Positions 1-9,151 of a DNA stretch of 64,000 nucleotides are shown here, in pieces (position 1 is the stretch's first letter; every line of letters starts with the position of its first letter). Location of the stretch: contig JAJYRA010000079.1 of the NCBI GenBank assembly GCA_021794355.1, positions 14,065 to 78,064 on the forward strand, given 5' to 3'. The translations under genes and the position numbers were made by a program. This stretch comes from Thermoplasmata archaeon. GTDB lineage: Archaea > Thermoplasmatota > Thermoplasmata > Thermoplasmatales > Thermoplasmataceae. The notes beneath the pieces are model-generated. The model saw only the letters and a list, made by a program, of their open reading frames with translations. It had not been told where the DNA came from and ran no database searches.

Positions 1-264
1 CTCCTTTGAATCATATCCAGTGATTTCAAGGAGTAAATTATTGAAAATTTTTATGGAGTTCGTCGGTTGGTTATAGGATTCATCCGTTTCAGTACCCACA
101 AAAAGTGTCTTTTTTCCACACTGGATTTCAACCTTCTTTAGACCTGGTAGTGTAAATGTAACCATATCTCCATTAACGTTGACTTCCTTCGTAAATTTTC
201 CAACCCTTTCCTTTATCTCCTCTACATCTGTCTTGTATCCTTTCTTTACTGGGTACTCTCTCAT
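1..264 (-). CDS. Small conserved archaeal protein, DUF5611-like (3' end outside window)
   Basis: Not in the ORF track. My translation from the ATG at 264 is MREYPVKKGYKTDVEEIKERVGKF...LLLEITGYDSKE, open to position 1; the start overlaps the stop of the upstream gene. Family call from memory. Confidence 0.6.
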   Translation of the reverse strand, partial: MREYPVKKGYKTDVEEIKERVGKFTKEVNVNGDMVTFTLPGLKKVEIQCGKKTLFVGTETDESYNQPTNSIKIFNNLLLEITGYDSKE

Positions 265-1298
265 TTCTCCTTACCTCTTTCTTTTTTCCTCTGCAGATGC
301 CTGGAAAAGTTTCTGGAGTATATCACTTCCATATATTGAGCATCGTGCTCCAAAAGGGGTGAACTTGAAATCAAGGTGAGATCATCCTGGTAGTCCATGA
401 GTACCTCAGACAATGTCTCAAATTTTAAATCTCCATGCTTTATTGCCGTGAGTTTTGTTTCCGTTGAGCCTGAATACTCGACGCCTGCATATTCCACGTA
501 CAGGTCTCCCTTTGAATACACTTTGAATTTGTTGATAACTTCGGAAAAGTCCTTTGCCTGAATCAGGCTACCATTTGTTCTTGCATGATAATGTGGCATA
601 TTCAATATTGGTTCCATGGATGGAACCTTCTTGGCAATGGAGAATAGTTCCTCCGCACTTCCAAATATTTCTGGTTTTCCTGAGGTTTCAACTCCAATAT
701 ATGGAAATCCCCTTTCCAGGCTCATTTCCTTTCCCAGTGCAGAGTAGATTTCTATGGCCCTCTTCAGACTACCTTTTTTATTATCATTATAAAAGCCAGT
801 ATGCGTTATAACACGTTTTGCATTCATTGCCTTTCCTATAATCATGGACCATTTTAGATGATTTATGGACCTTTCAGAAATGTCTTCTTCATTGGGAAGT
901 GCTTTGGTGTTTAACATATCCATATAGTAAGGACTGTGCAATGATAGTTGAACGTCTAGCTCTTTGGCCAAATCACCTCCCATCTTCAATTCATCATAAT
1001 TCTTTGCCATATTCCAGAACAATTCCTGTACGATGTCATCATCCTGAATTTCGGCGTCCGTGCCTATGCTGGAATAAATTCCTTCTTCGTTTGGCCTTAT
1101 AACATCTATTATTATGGATGCCTCATTGTCTTTCGGAAGCATACCAGCATATTCAATTCCCTGATTTTCCTGAACATTGACCCTCAGAAGCTGTACCTCA
1201 AGTGCCTTTAGACCCAGCTTATAGATCTCTTCCACTGAATCGACAAATGTTCTTCCCTTACTGGTAAGGGGTATACCAGCTATCCCATATCTGATCAT
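261..1298 (-). CDS. Endonuclease IV-like TIM-barrel protein (AP endonuclease family 2)
   Basis: Motifs LSLHSPYY, THTGFY, GVETSGK..FGS and HYHAR match the EndoIV fold; some C-terminal metal ligands look altered. Confidence 0.75.
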   Translation of the reverse strand: MIRYGIAGIPLTSKGRTFVDSVEEIYKLGLKALEVQLLRVNVQENQGIEYAGMLPKDNEASIIIDVIRPNEEGIYSSIGTDAEIQDDDIVQELFWNMAKNYDELKMGGDLAKELDVQLSLHSPYYMDMLNTKALPNEEDISERSINHLKWSMIIGKAMNAKRVITHTGFYNDNKKGSLKRAIEIYSALGKEMSLERGFPYIGVETSGKPEIFGSAEELFSIAKKVPSMEPILNMPHYHARTNGSLIQAKDFSEVINKFKVYSKGDLYVEYAGVEYSGSTETKLTAIKHGDLKFETLSEVLMDYQDDLTLISSSPLLEHDAQYMEVIYSRNFSRHLQRKKERGKEK

Positions 1299-1808
1299 AA
1301 ACTCTTAGTATATTGATTACAACAATTTATTAGTTTTTATTTTATAGCAACTGAGTTGTTGTGAATATTATTAACCACCAAAAGTCAACGCAAAGGGTAT
1401 TTTTCTTGAGGGGCTGGGCAACCGTGAAATGTAGGCACATTTGTCGGGGATACACGTTCTTGCAACCCTTTAGCTCTATCCTTAAGCGGATGGAACTCTC
1501 ATTTAACAGAGATCTTAGCCCTCCTTCTAACACCCCCGTTATGGACTACCGTGGTAGATGGAAAATGAAATGCGATTAGTGATTCAATTCCCTCACATCC
1601 TCACGCATAGGGTTCCCTTATGAGTGATCGGGTGAATAAAAGTTCAACAACTACCACTTGATCTGATATCCGATTGGCTCGATACAATTTTGTTCAGTGA
1701 ATTTTAGAATAAATTATATACGAACATGCAATCAATTCCCAATGGAAGTAGATTGGGATAAGTTAAATATTAGCCATTTTCTACCCATAATTAACAAAGG
1801 TGTAATTA

Positions 1809-3191
1809 ATGAATGTAGATCCAAATATCACAAAATATCTGATAAAAGCGAGAATTACTGCGGATGGGGTGGTTGAGAAACCGGACGTCGTTGGGGCCAT
1901 ATTTGGCCAGACAGAGGGTTTGTTGGGAGAAGAATTAGATCTCAGGGACCTCCAAAAAGGCGGTAAAATTGGAAGGATAGAAGTTGAGATTGATAGCAAG
2001 AAGGGAAGGACAGAAGGTTTCGCCCTCATACCATCGGGATTGGATCAGGTTGAAAGTTCCATTCTTGCTGCCTCTCTGGAAACCATCGATAGGATAGGAC
2101 CATGCAAGGCAAAGGTGGACGTTGAGTCCATTGAGGATGTAAGGCAGGAAAGAAGAAAGAAGATAGTGGAAAGGGCAGAACAATTATATAAAACCATGAG
2201 TGAATCCGGTAAGACAGTAAGCGAAAGTATAATATCAACTGTAAGGGAAGAGGTGGAAAGGGGAGAAATAATTTCTTACGGTGAAGAAAAGCTGCCTGCT
2301 GGACCTGCCATGAAAGATTCGGATTCCATAATTGTAGTTGAAGGAAGAAACGATGTTTTAAACCTTTTAAAATATGGAATAAAAAATACCATAGCTGTAC
2401 AAGGTACAAATATTCCAAGAACAGTTCAAAAACTCTCTGTTGAAAAAACTGTAACAGTGTTTCTTGATGGTGACAGGGGAGGAGACCTTATTCTTAAAGA
2501 AATGCTTCAGGTTGCCGAGGTGGACTTTGTTGCTAGGGCGCCACCGGGGACAGAGGTTGAAGAGCTCAGCTACAAACAGATTGTCAAGGCTCTAAGATAT
2601 AAAACACCCACGGAACAGTATCTCTCAATGAGAGGTATGAATGATGAGCTGAAAAACCTCAATGAAAAGAATGAAAAAGAGGCAAACAATAAACACGAGC
2701 CTGAACATGGAAAAAGTGAGCAGAAGAGTCATGATCATGAAAAACATGAACAGAAAGCCCCTCAACACAGGGAGGTTGAAATCGAACAGAAGCATGAAAA
2801 GCATGAACACGGTCGTAGGGAAAGGGAACCTCAGATTACAGAAGAGAAAAAAGAACATAAGGAAGAGGTGGAAGAATCCCCGAAGGTCAGGAAGTTCTCA
2901 ATTTCAGATCCGAACAGTGTAAAGAGAAAAATAAGCGAGCTCCTGGAAAAAAAGGAGACACAGGTAGTGGATGAAAAGGGTGATACCGTTGAGAGTTTTA
3001 CTCTTGCCGACGCTCCTGATAAGATCTTTCAGATGGAAAAAGCTGAATACGTCCTAACAGGAGGCGTGATATCCCAAAGGCTTGTAGATATATGCCACAA
3101 GAAGGGCGTAAAGATTATTTATGGAGTTAAGAAAGGAAATATTACGAAGAAACCTGAGAACATGAGGGTTGTACCAATGGAAGAGGCGTAA
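1809..3191 (+). CDS. dnaG: Archaeal DnaG (bacterial-type primase fold, TOPRIM)
   Basis: N-terminal KYLIKARITADGVVEKPDVVGAIFGQTEGLLG; TOPRIM motifs IIVVEGRNDV and FLDGDRGG. Confidence 0.95.
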   Translation: MNVDPNITKYLIKARITADGVVEKPDVVGAIFGQTEGLLGEELDLRDLQKGGKIGRIEVEIDSKKGRTEGFALIPSGLDQVESSILAASLETIDRIGPCKAKVDVESIEDVRQERRKKIVERAEQLYKTMSESGKTVSESIISTVREEVERGEIISYGEEKLPAGPAMKDSDSIIVVEGRNDVLNLLKYGIKNTIAVQGTNIPRTVQKLSVEKTVTVFLDGDRGGDLILKEMLQVAEVDFVARAPPGTEVEELSYKQIVKALRYKTPTEQYLSMRGMNDELKNLNEKNEKEANNKHEPEHGKSEQKSHDHEKHEQKAPQHREVEIEQKHEKHEHGRREREPQITEEKKEHKEEVEESPKVRKFSISDPNSVKRKISELLEKKETQVVDEKGDTVESFTLADAPDKIFQMEKAEYVLTGGVISQRLVDICHKKGVKIIYGVKKGNITKKPENMRVVPMEEA

Positions 3192-3201
3192 AGTTTTGCA
3201 G

Positions 3202-4674
3202 ATGAAAAGTATAAGTACTACAGAAGATGTGAAGATACCTTCCAATCCTCTTGACAGGGTGATTGGACAGGATGATGCAGTAAAAATAGCAAGGGTCGCA
3301 GCTAAACAGAGAAGAAATCTTCTCCTCGTGGGGCCGCCCGGTATAGGTAAATCTATGATTGCCCAAGCCATGTCTTTTCTCATAGAGATGCCAGAGCAGG
3401 AAGTGAGGGTCATACACAACCTTATGTATCCTGAGAGACCATATGTGGAAGTTAAGAGCAGGCAACAGGTCGAGCAGGAAAATGACGAGTTGAATGCCGC
3501 CGATGGAATTATTGTGAATCCGGAGGATGTCCCTTCTGATGTTTCAGAAAAACTTGGTTACAGGTGCCCTTCATGTGGGTATATTTCCATGTATACAGAA
3601 ATAACCTGTCCAAGATGTGGCGAGGCAAAGACAAAGAACAATACGCAGGGTCCCTTTGGGGACATGTTCAATGTTCTTGGGGCCGCCCTAGGTGTACAGA
3701 ACAACATGGAAAGGGTCTCATCCACCAGAAGGGTTGGGGAGAAAGAGGAAGTCATAATTTATGAACGTTTTAACGACAAAATAAAGATACTTGATGAAAA
3801 AGCGTTGGAAAGAAAAAAGAAGATGGAGAAGAAGAGTCCTAGCAAAATTATAGTCCCGTTGAACAGGAACACATTTATACTTGCAACTGGTGCCAGTGAA
3901 ACTGAGCTTCTGGGTGACGTCAGGCATGATCCGTATGGAGGTCATCCACAGTTGGGAACCATGCCATACGAAAGGGTAATTGCAGGTTCAATCCATGAAG
4001 CCCATGAAGGCGTTCTTTTCATAGATGAGATAACACATCTTGGAGAACTGCAGAGATCAATTCTGACAGCAATGCAGGAAAGGAAATTCCCTATTACAGG
4101 AAGAAACCCTCAGAGCGCCGGAGCCAGCGTGAGAGTTGATGCCGTTCCAACTGATTTCATACTCGTTGGCGCATGCAACATTCAGGATTTGCCACAGATA
4201 CTTAGCCCCCTGAGATCCAGGATAGCCGGGAATGGCTATGAAGTACTGATGGAGGTTTCCATGCCATACAATGAGAAGAATGTAATGAGATATCTCCAAT
4301 TCATAACCCAGGAGATTATCAGCGACGGAAAAATACCACACATGGAGATAGATGCTGCAATGATCATAGTGGAGGAGGGAAAGAGAAGGGCTAGCATAAT
4401 TGATCATAAGGAAAATTCACTCACCCTAAGATTGAGGGAGCTCGGGGGTCTCATCAGGGCAGCAGGAGACATAGCGGACAGCAAGGGAAACAAATATATT
4501 GAAAAGAATGATGTTATGGAGGCTCTGAAGATATATATGCCTGTGGAAGAGAAAATCAACAAGATATACGGGAGCATGGGAAACGCTATTTCCAGTGAAA
4601 GTACTGCATCCCAGAAGATGTCAGGTTACTATGGCGGTTTCCATAATTATTACGTGGACCCTTCATATCAATAA
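3202..4674 (+). CDS. Lon(B)-type AAA+ ATPase with Zn-ribbon insert and no protease domain
   Basis: LDRVIGQD, Walker A GPPGIGKS, Walker B LFIDE, LRSRI, RLRELGGLIR; CPSC..CPRC insert; protein ends before any Ser-Lys protease domain. Start moved to ATG 3202, after the dnaG stop. Confidence 0.85.
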   Translation: MKSISTTEDVKIPSNPLDRVIGQDDAVKIARVAAKQRRNLLLVGPPGIGKSMIAQAMSFLIEMPEQEVRVIHNLMYPERPYVEVKSRQQVEQENDELNAADGIIVNPEDVPSDVSEKLGYRCPSCGYISMYTEITCPRCGEAKTKNNTQGPFGDMFNVLGAALGVQNNMERVSSTRRVGEKEEVIIYERFNDKIKILDEKALERKKKMEKKSPSKIIVPLNRNTFILATGASETELLGDVRHDPYGGHPQLGTMPYERVIAGSIHEAHEGVLFIDEITHLGELQRSILTAMQERKFPITGRNPQSAGASVRVDAVPTDFILVGACNIQDLPQILSPLRSRIAGNGYEVLMEVSMPYNEKNVMRYLQFITQEIISDGKIPHMEIDAAMIIVEEGKRRASIIDHKENSLTLRLRELGGLIRAAGDIADSKGNKYIEKNDVMEALKIYMPVEEKINKIYGSMGNAISSESTASQKMSGYYGGFHNYYVDPSYQ

Positions 4675-4770
4675 TTCTTAATTTAAGTATATTAATTTTT
4701 AGATGTGTGCATAACCTGCACACCATAATGATAGTTAATTAAGTTGATATAATATGTAATTGGTGATTAA

Positions 4771-5379
4771 ATGCCTATAGCACTGGGGGAGAAAGTCCCT
4801 GATTTTACGGTAAACACGTCGAAAGGCCCGATAACAATGTCAGCTTACAAAGGTAAGTGGGTACTGCTGTTTTCGCATCCAGCAGATTTTACGCCTGTAT
4901 GTACGACAGAATTCATGGCATTCACGGAGAGATTTGACGACTTCAAGAAACTTGGAGTTGATCTCATTGGTCTTAGTGTTGACAGCATATACAGCCATAT
5001 AGCATGGACGAGAGATATCAAGGAGAAATATGGTATTGAAATTCCTTTCCCCATCATAGCGGATATTAACAAGGAAGTGGCAAACATCTTCAACGTAATA
5101 AATCCTGATGACGGTCTCACTGTAAGAGGAATATTTATAATAGACCCAAACCAGAAGGTAAGATGGATGGCATACTATCCTGCTGAAGTCGGGAGAAGCA
5201 TTCCAGAACTGATGAGAGTTCTGAAGGCTCTGAAATTTAACTGGGATAGAAAACTGGCAACCCCTGCTAACTGGCAGGAAGGAGAACCGGGAGTAATGGG
5301 TGCACCGGCAACCATAGAGGAAAGCTATGCCAGGGAAAAGGATGGCGCAGAGAGATGGTATCTTAAAAGAGTTAAATGA
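4771..5379 (+). CDS. Peroxiredoxin (Prx6/archaeal 1-Cys type)
   Basis: FSHPADFTPVCTTE peroxidatic motif, GLSVDS..SH..W, TVRGIFIIDP, ATPANW; single Cys. Confidence 0.95.
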   Translation: MPIALGEKVPDFTVNTSKGPITMSAYKGKWVLLFSHPADFTPVCTTEFMAFTERFDDFKKLGVDLIGLSVDSIYSHIAWTRDIKEKYGIEIPFPIIADINKEVANIFNVINPDDGLTVRGIFIIDPNQKVRWMAYYPAEVGRSIPELMRVLKALKFNWDRKLATPANWQEGEPGVMGAPATIEESYAREKDGAERWYLKRVK

Positions 5380-5711
5380 CCGACTGTGCGTTGTACAATC
5401 TGACGCTGGAAGGGTCTCACCCTTCTACCATATGCGTCGAGATTTCCAAATTAAGACCTTCCCTAGAATCCCTATACGAGATGCTTGATTCTGAGTATGT
5501 TGATGAGTATCTTTCAGATTTCATTTCAGAGTATGCCAGAACGGACGAGATAATGCCTGAGGACCATACTCTTGGGTTCGTGGTTATAAATGCACCTAAA
5601 AAGCACGTATCCTTTGCATTCAACGGATTGAAGGAAAACTATCTGGAGGAACTGAGGAAGGTGGGTGAAAAAATCAGGTTCAAAGGATACACTGTGGATT
5701 ATGACATTTGA
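5376..5711 (+). CDS. Hypothetical protein coupled to peroxiredoxin
   Basis: 111-aa ORF whose ATG overlaps the Prx stop (ATGA); host-like codon usage. Confidence 0.7.
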   Translation: MTDCALYNLTLEGSHPSTICVEISKLRPSLESLYEMLDSEYVDEYLSDFISEYARTDEIMPEDHTLGFVVINAPKKHVSFAFNGLKENYLEELRKVGEKIRFKGYTVDYDI

Positions 5712-5739
5712 TCGAATTGCTTTGTAACCCTGGAACTTT

Positions 5740-6143
5740 CAACGAGAGAAATAAGGATAGAGACTCAATTCAGTTCTATATTACTTGAGGAAATGCTGAA
5801 AACCAAGGCACTGTCAAGAGGAAAGAACACAATCGAGATAGGAATGTTCGATCCATCATCAAGGATGTGTTCTCATTGTGGATACATCTATGATGATCTG
5901 AAACTCAGTGAAAGAACATGGACATGCCCTCGGTGTAATATCACACATGACAGGGAATGGAATGCAGCCATAAACATAAAGAGATTCGGTCTGATAAAGA
6001 CTGGAGTACCCACGGACGGTGGGAAACTAACGCCTGTGGACACAATCGCCTCTACCATATCCCTTCTTGAAAAGGAAGGGATAAGGCAGGTGAAGTGGTT
6101 GAAGCAGGAAGCTCCGAGGTTTTAACTGAGGAGAGGATGTCAC
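5740..6143 (+). mobile_element. IS200/IS605-family remnant: 3' part of tnpB plus right end
   Basis: tnpB 3' fragment followed by GAAGCTCCGAGGTTTTAACTGAGGAGAGGATGTCAC, an imperfect hairpin then TCAC (6140-6143), as typical of IS605 right ends. Left boundary approximate. Confidence 0.8.
5793..6125 (+). pseudogene. tnpB: TnpB C-terminal fragment (Zn ribbon and RuvC-III)
   Basis: EMLKTKA..., [28 protein letters not shown]; RuvC-I/II and the N-terminal lobe are missing. Confidence 0.85.
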
Positions 6144-6220
6144 AAACTACATATGCGTGTTGTCAAAATTATATTTTTAAGGAAAGATATATTTATATAC
6201 TAATTTGTGTTTGCTTCACC

Positions 6221-6586
6221 ATGGAATCTAATGATGTCATTGCGGTTTCGACAAATTATATCAGCGGGTATAGAATAACAAAGGTTTTTGGCACAGTATG
6301 GGGAATAACGGTTAGGAGCAGAGGAATAGGAGGTAATATGATGGCAGGACTCAGGTCCCTGAAGGGAGGAGAAATAAAGGAATATATAACTCTCCTTAAT
6401 GATGCCAGGAATGTTGCAATGACTAGACTAAAGGAGGAGGCAAGAACTCTTGGGGCAAATGCATTGATTGACGTAAGGTTTGATTCTTCTGATTTTGCCC
6501 AGATTATGACAGAGATTGTTGCCTATGGTACCGCAGTCATAATTACTCCCTCAGGGAAGGAAGGCGATCTGGTTTCCCTTTCCTGA
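6221..6586 (+). CDS. YbjQ/UPF0145 family protein
   Basis: GTVWGITVRSRGIG, GGEIKEY..LL..AR..A..RL, GANALIDVRFD, AYGTAV. Start at ATG 6221; the longer ORF-track start lies inside the IS end. Confidence 0.9.
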   Translation: MESNDVIAVSTNYISGYRITKVFGTVWGITVRSRGIGGNMMAGLRSLKGGEIKEYITLLNDARNVAMTRLKEEARTLGANALIDVRFDSSDFAQIMTEIVAYGTAVIITPSGKEGDLVSLS

Positions 6587-7035
6587 TTTATCTGGACAGG
6601 AATTTTTCTATAATTTCATTTAAGACTTCCTTACCCGGTATATATGTTTTAAAGGAGTGGTGATTATACAGTCTTGCACCAACTCTATTCTCGTTGACCA
6701 TAGAATGGCGGGTTTTTAAAATGCCTAAGACGCTAAGAAGAATTGTGCGAGCAATCTATATTTACTGTGAACTTCGACCGTAAGTTCAGGACATTGATAG
6801 TTGAGTAAACATTCTATCTGGTCTAAAATCTACGATACAAAAAAATTTAGTATTATTTTTTCTGTCAACTTCTTTGCTATGGATTTAACGTGTGATTACA
6901 TAGTGGAATTCCCACTTTCACTGAAATTTTTCAAAAAATATCAGGATTTTAAGAAACACCAATGTTAAGTTGTGGGATGGGAAAAACACATAAAATAAAT
7001 CTAAGACTTAAATAATCAGATTACATTTGCTATCT

Positions 7036-7335
7036 ATGATCGATTCACTATGGGAATGGCTCATTGTGGGTGTGGTTATTCTCGCCTTATTCGGCAGCGC
7101 CAAGAAGATTCCGGATTTTGCCAGGAACCTTGGAAGGGCTACTGGTGAGTTTAAGAGAGGACAAACCGAAATTCAGCAGGAAATTAAGAAATCCCTTACT
7201 GAACCAAACACTGTACCGAACCCCGAAAATGAAAAAGTTGTTTCACTCGCCCAGTCTATGGGAATAGATACTGCTGGCAAGGATGCAACCAAGATTAAGA
7301 GTGAGCTTGCAGAAAAGCTTAAAAGTGATAATTGA
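7036..7335 (+). CDS. tatA: Twin-arginine translocase TatA
   Basis: EWLIVGVVILALFGSAKKIPDFARNLGRATGEFKRG: TM helix, FG hinge, amphipathic helix. Confidence 0.92.
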   Translation: MIDSLWEWLIVGVVILALFGSAKKIPDFARNLGRATGEFKRGQTEIQQEIKKSLTEPNTVPNPENEKVVSLAQSMGIDTAGKDATKIKSELAEKLKSDN

Positions 7336-8171
7336 TGGAGAATGGCCCCCTAAAGGTCATTACAAGCAACATTGATGAGCTTCGCTTTAGAACAATAAGA
7401 ATAGTTGTACCCATATTAGTTTTTTTTAGTATTTTTCTCCTTTTTGATCTGAGATTTTATCGTGCAATTGTGGGATCTTACAGTCTTACGATCCCATATT
7501 TTTACCCTGATCCATATGAAAACATGGGTGCCCAATTCTTGAAACTTATCATAGATCACGTAATTACAGAACCTTTTAAATTACTGGCCATAAAACCCAC
7601 GGATGGCGTCGTGGCAGATTTCTATTCATGCCTCTTTCTGGCCATAATTTTTACCTCCCCCAACATATCATACCAAACTGGAAAGTTTATTGGTCCTGCC
7701 CTAAAGGCCTCAGAAAAGAAAATAATAAGAACCACCTTATTACCTGCGCTTGTCTTATTTCTTGCGGGGTCCCTTATAGGTATTTATTTTGTTGCACCTC
7801 TCATGTTCAGAATACTGTATGAATTTGACCTTGGAGTTGGGGCACAACCGACCATGAGTATAACCAGTTTTGTTTCATTCTTTTTTATTTATGTCCTATC
7901 CTTTGGAATCTCCTTTGAAACCCCTGTTATTATGGTAGGACTTACCTATCTAGCCATAGTTCCAGCTTCTTACTGGAGAAAAAATTGGAGATACGCCATA
8001 GTTGCAGCATTAATATTTGGCGTGATATTTTCTCCAGGAGTCACTGGATTTACTATGATGCTCCTGGCCATACCCATCATAATTCTTTATTTCGTTGGGG
8101 TTTACGCATCGGCAAGAATGGAGAAGAGGAAAAACAGGGAAATTGAAGCTGATCTAAAGGGTCCCACTTAA
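7335..8171 (+). CDS. tatC: Twin-arginine translocase TatC
   Basis: ELRFR, multiple TM helices, FETP, WRYAIV..IFSP; TGATG overlap with tatA. Confidence 0.92.
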   Translation: MENGPLKVITSNIDELRFRTIRIVVPILVFFSIFLLFDLRFYRAIVGSYSLTIPYFYPDPYENMGAQFLKLIIDHVITEPFKLLAIKPTDGVVADFYSCLFLAIIFTSPNISYQTGKFIGPALKASEKKIIRTTLLPALVLFLAGSLIGIYFVAPLMFRILYEFDLGVGAQPTMSITSFVSFFFIYVLSFGISFETPVIMVGLTYLAIVPASYWRKNWRYAIVAALIFGVIFSPGVTGFTMMLLAIPIIILYFVGVYASARMEKRKNREIEADLKGPT

Positions 8172-8879
8172 ATCCTTCCTGAATTGCTCAAGATCCTTTA
8201 ACCTGATTTTTCTGGTGTCCATTGTGCCTATGTAATGAACATAGGATTTTATCACTTCATTGCTCACGAACCTGGAACTCTTGAATTTTGTAAAAAGCGT
8301 GTTATTCATCCTGATTGCCAGATTTTCTGCATCCTCTAAACTTCCTATTTTGTCCATTAAACCGATTTTTATTGCATTCTCTATGCTGAACAATTCACCT
8401 GTGGAAATTTCCTTGATAGTTTTTCTTTCCAGGAAGTTTGACAGACCCTCCGGTGGGATGAGCATGGATGGAAACCCAAAAATTGCATCGGGAAATCCAT
8501 AAATGCTTCCCTCTGATCCAACTGAATAATCGCACAAAACAGCCAGTTCCAGTCCAGCTCCCAGGGTGTAACCGTGACAGAAGGCCACAACCGGAGCATC
8601 GTAATTCCTTGCGATCTGCAAGATTCCCAGGCCAAACGATAACACTGAAAGCAGGAATTCATTATCCTTTACAAGATGACACGAACAGTCATAACCTACT
8701 GAAAAATCGGTGCCGGCAGATCTTATGACGACCGGTTTAAGTTTACTGTCAGATGATATGGATGTGAGATGCATGAAAAGTTGTTGCAAAACTTCCAGAT
8801 CCATGCTGTTTTCTGGAGAATTATTTAATATTAAATTGTGAGTTTTCTCCTTTTCCTGATGGATTACCTTTTCATTCAA
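8154..8879 (-). CDS. Enoyl-CoA hydratase/isomerase (crotonase) superfamily protein, divergent
   Basis: N..NSMD, FSVGYD, PVVAFCHGYTLGAGLELAVLCD, YGFPDAIFG. Confidence 0.75.
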   Translation of the reverse strand: MNEKVIHQEKEKTHNLILNNSPENSMDLEVLQQLFMHLTSISSDSKLKPVVIRSAGTDFSVGYDCSCHLVKDNEFLLSVLSFGLGILQIARNYDAPVVAFCHGYTLGAGLELAVLCDYSVGSEGSIYGFPDAIFGFPSMLIPPEGLSNFLERKTIKEISTGELFSIENAIKIGLMDKIGSLEDAENLAIRMNNTLFTKFKSSRFVSNEVIKSYVHYIGTMDTRKIRLKDLEQFRKDLSGTL

Positions 8880-9151
8880 TACATCGTCAGATTGTATCTA
8901 TCATCAACCTCCTCGTAGGATTTTCTGTCCCTGATTCCCAGTATTTCTGAAATTTGTATCATTACTTCTGAATATGGGGATTCTTGGCCCTTCTGGATAA
9001 ATGGCCATTCTTCTCCCACAATGAGTCTTTTGACCCTATCACTGAACAGGAATTGATACCCCTCTTTTTTCAGCTCGTGGATCTTTTCTGCAATTTCCGC
9101 AGGTTCTTTCTCATCTCGGAATTTTTCCTTCAGCTCTTCAGGTCCCATCAC
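8876..9151 (-). CDS. Hypothetical protein coupled to the nuo operon
   Basis: 91-aa charged ORF whose start and stop overlap both neighbours. Confidence 0.7.
   Translation of the reverse strand: MMGPEELKEKFRDEKEPAEIAEKIHELKKEGYQFLFSDRVKRLIVGEEWPFIQKGQESPYSEVMIQISEILGIRDRKSYEEVDDRYNLTMY

Noticed and set aside
6587-7026. Micro-ORFs and a 7-bp hairpin (TGAACTT/AAGTTCA) upstream of tatA
   Set aside because: The ORFs are about 20 aa with no support, and a single short hairpin is expected by chance.
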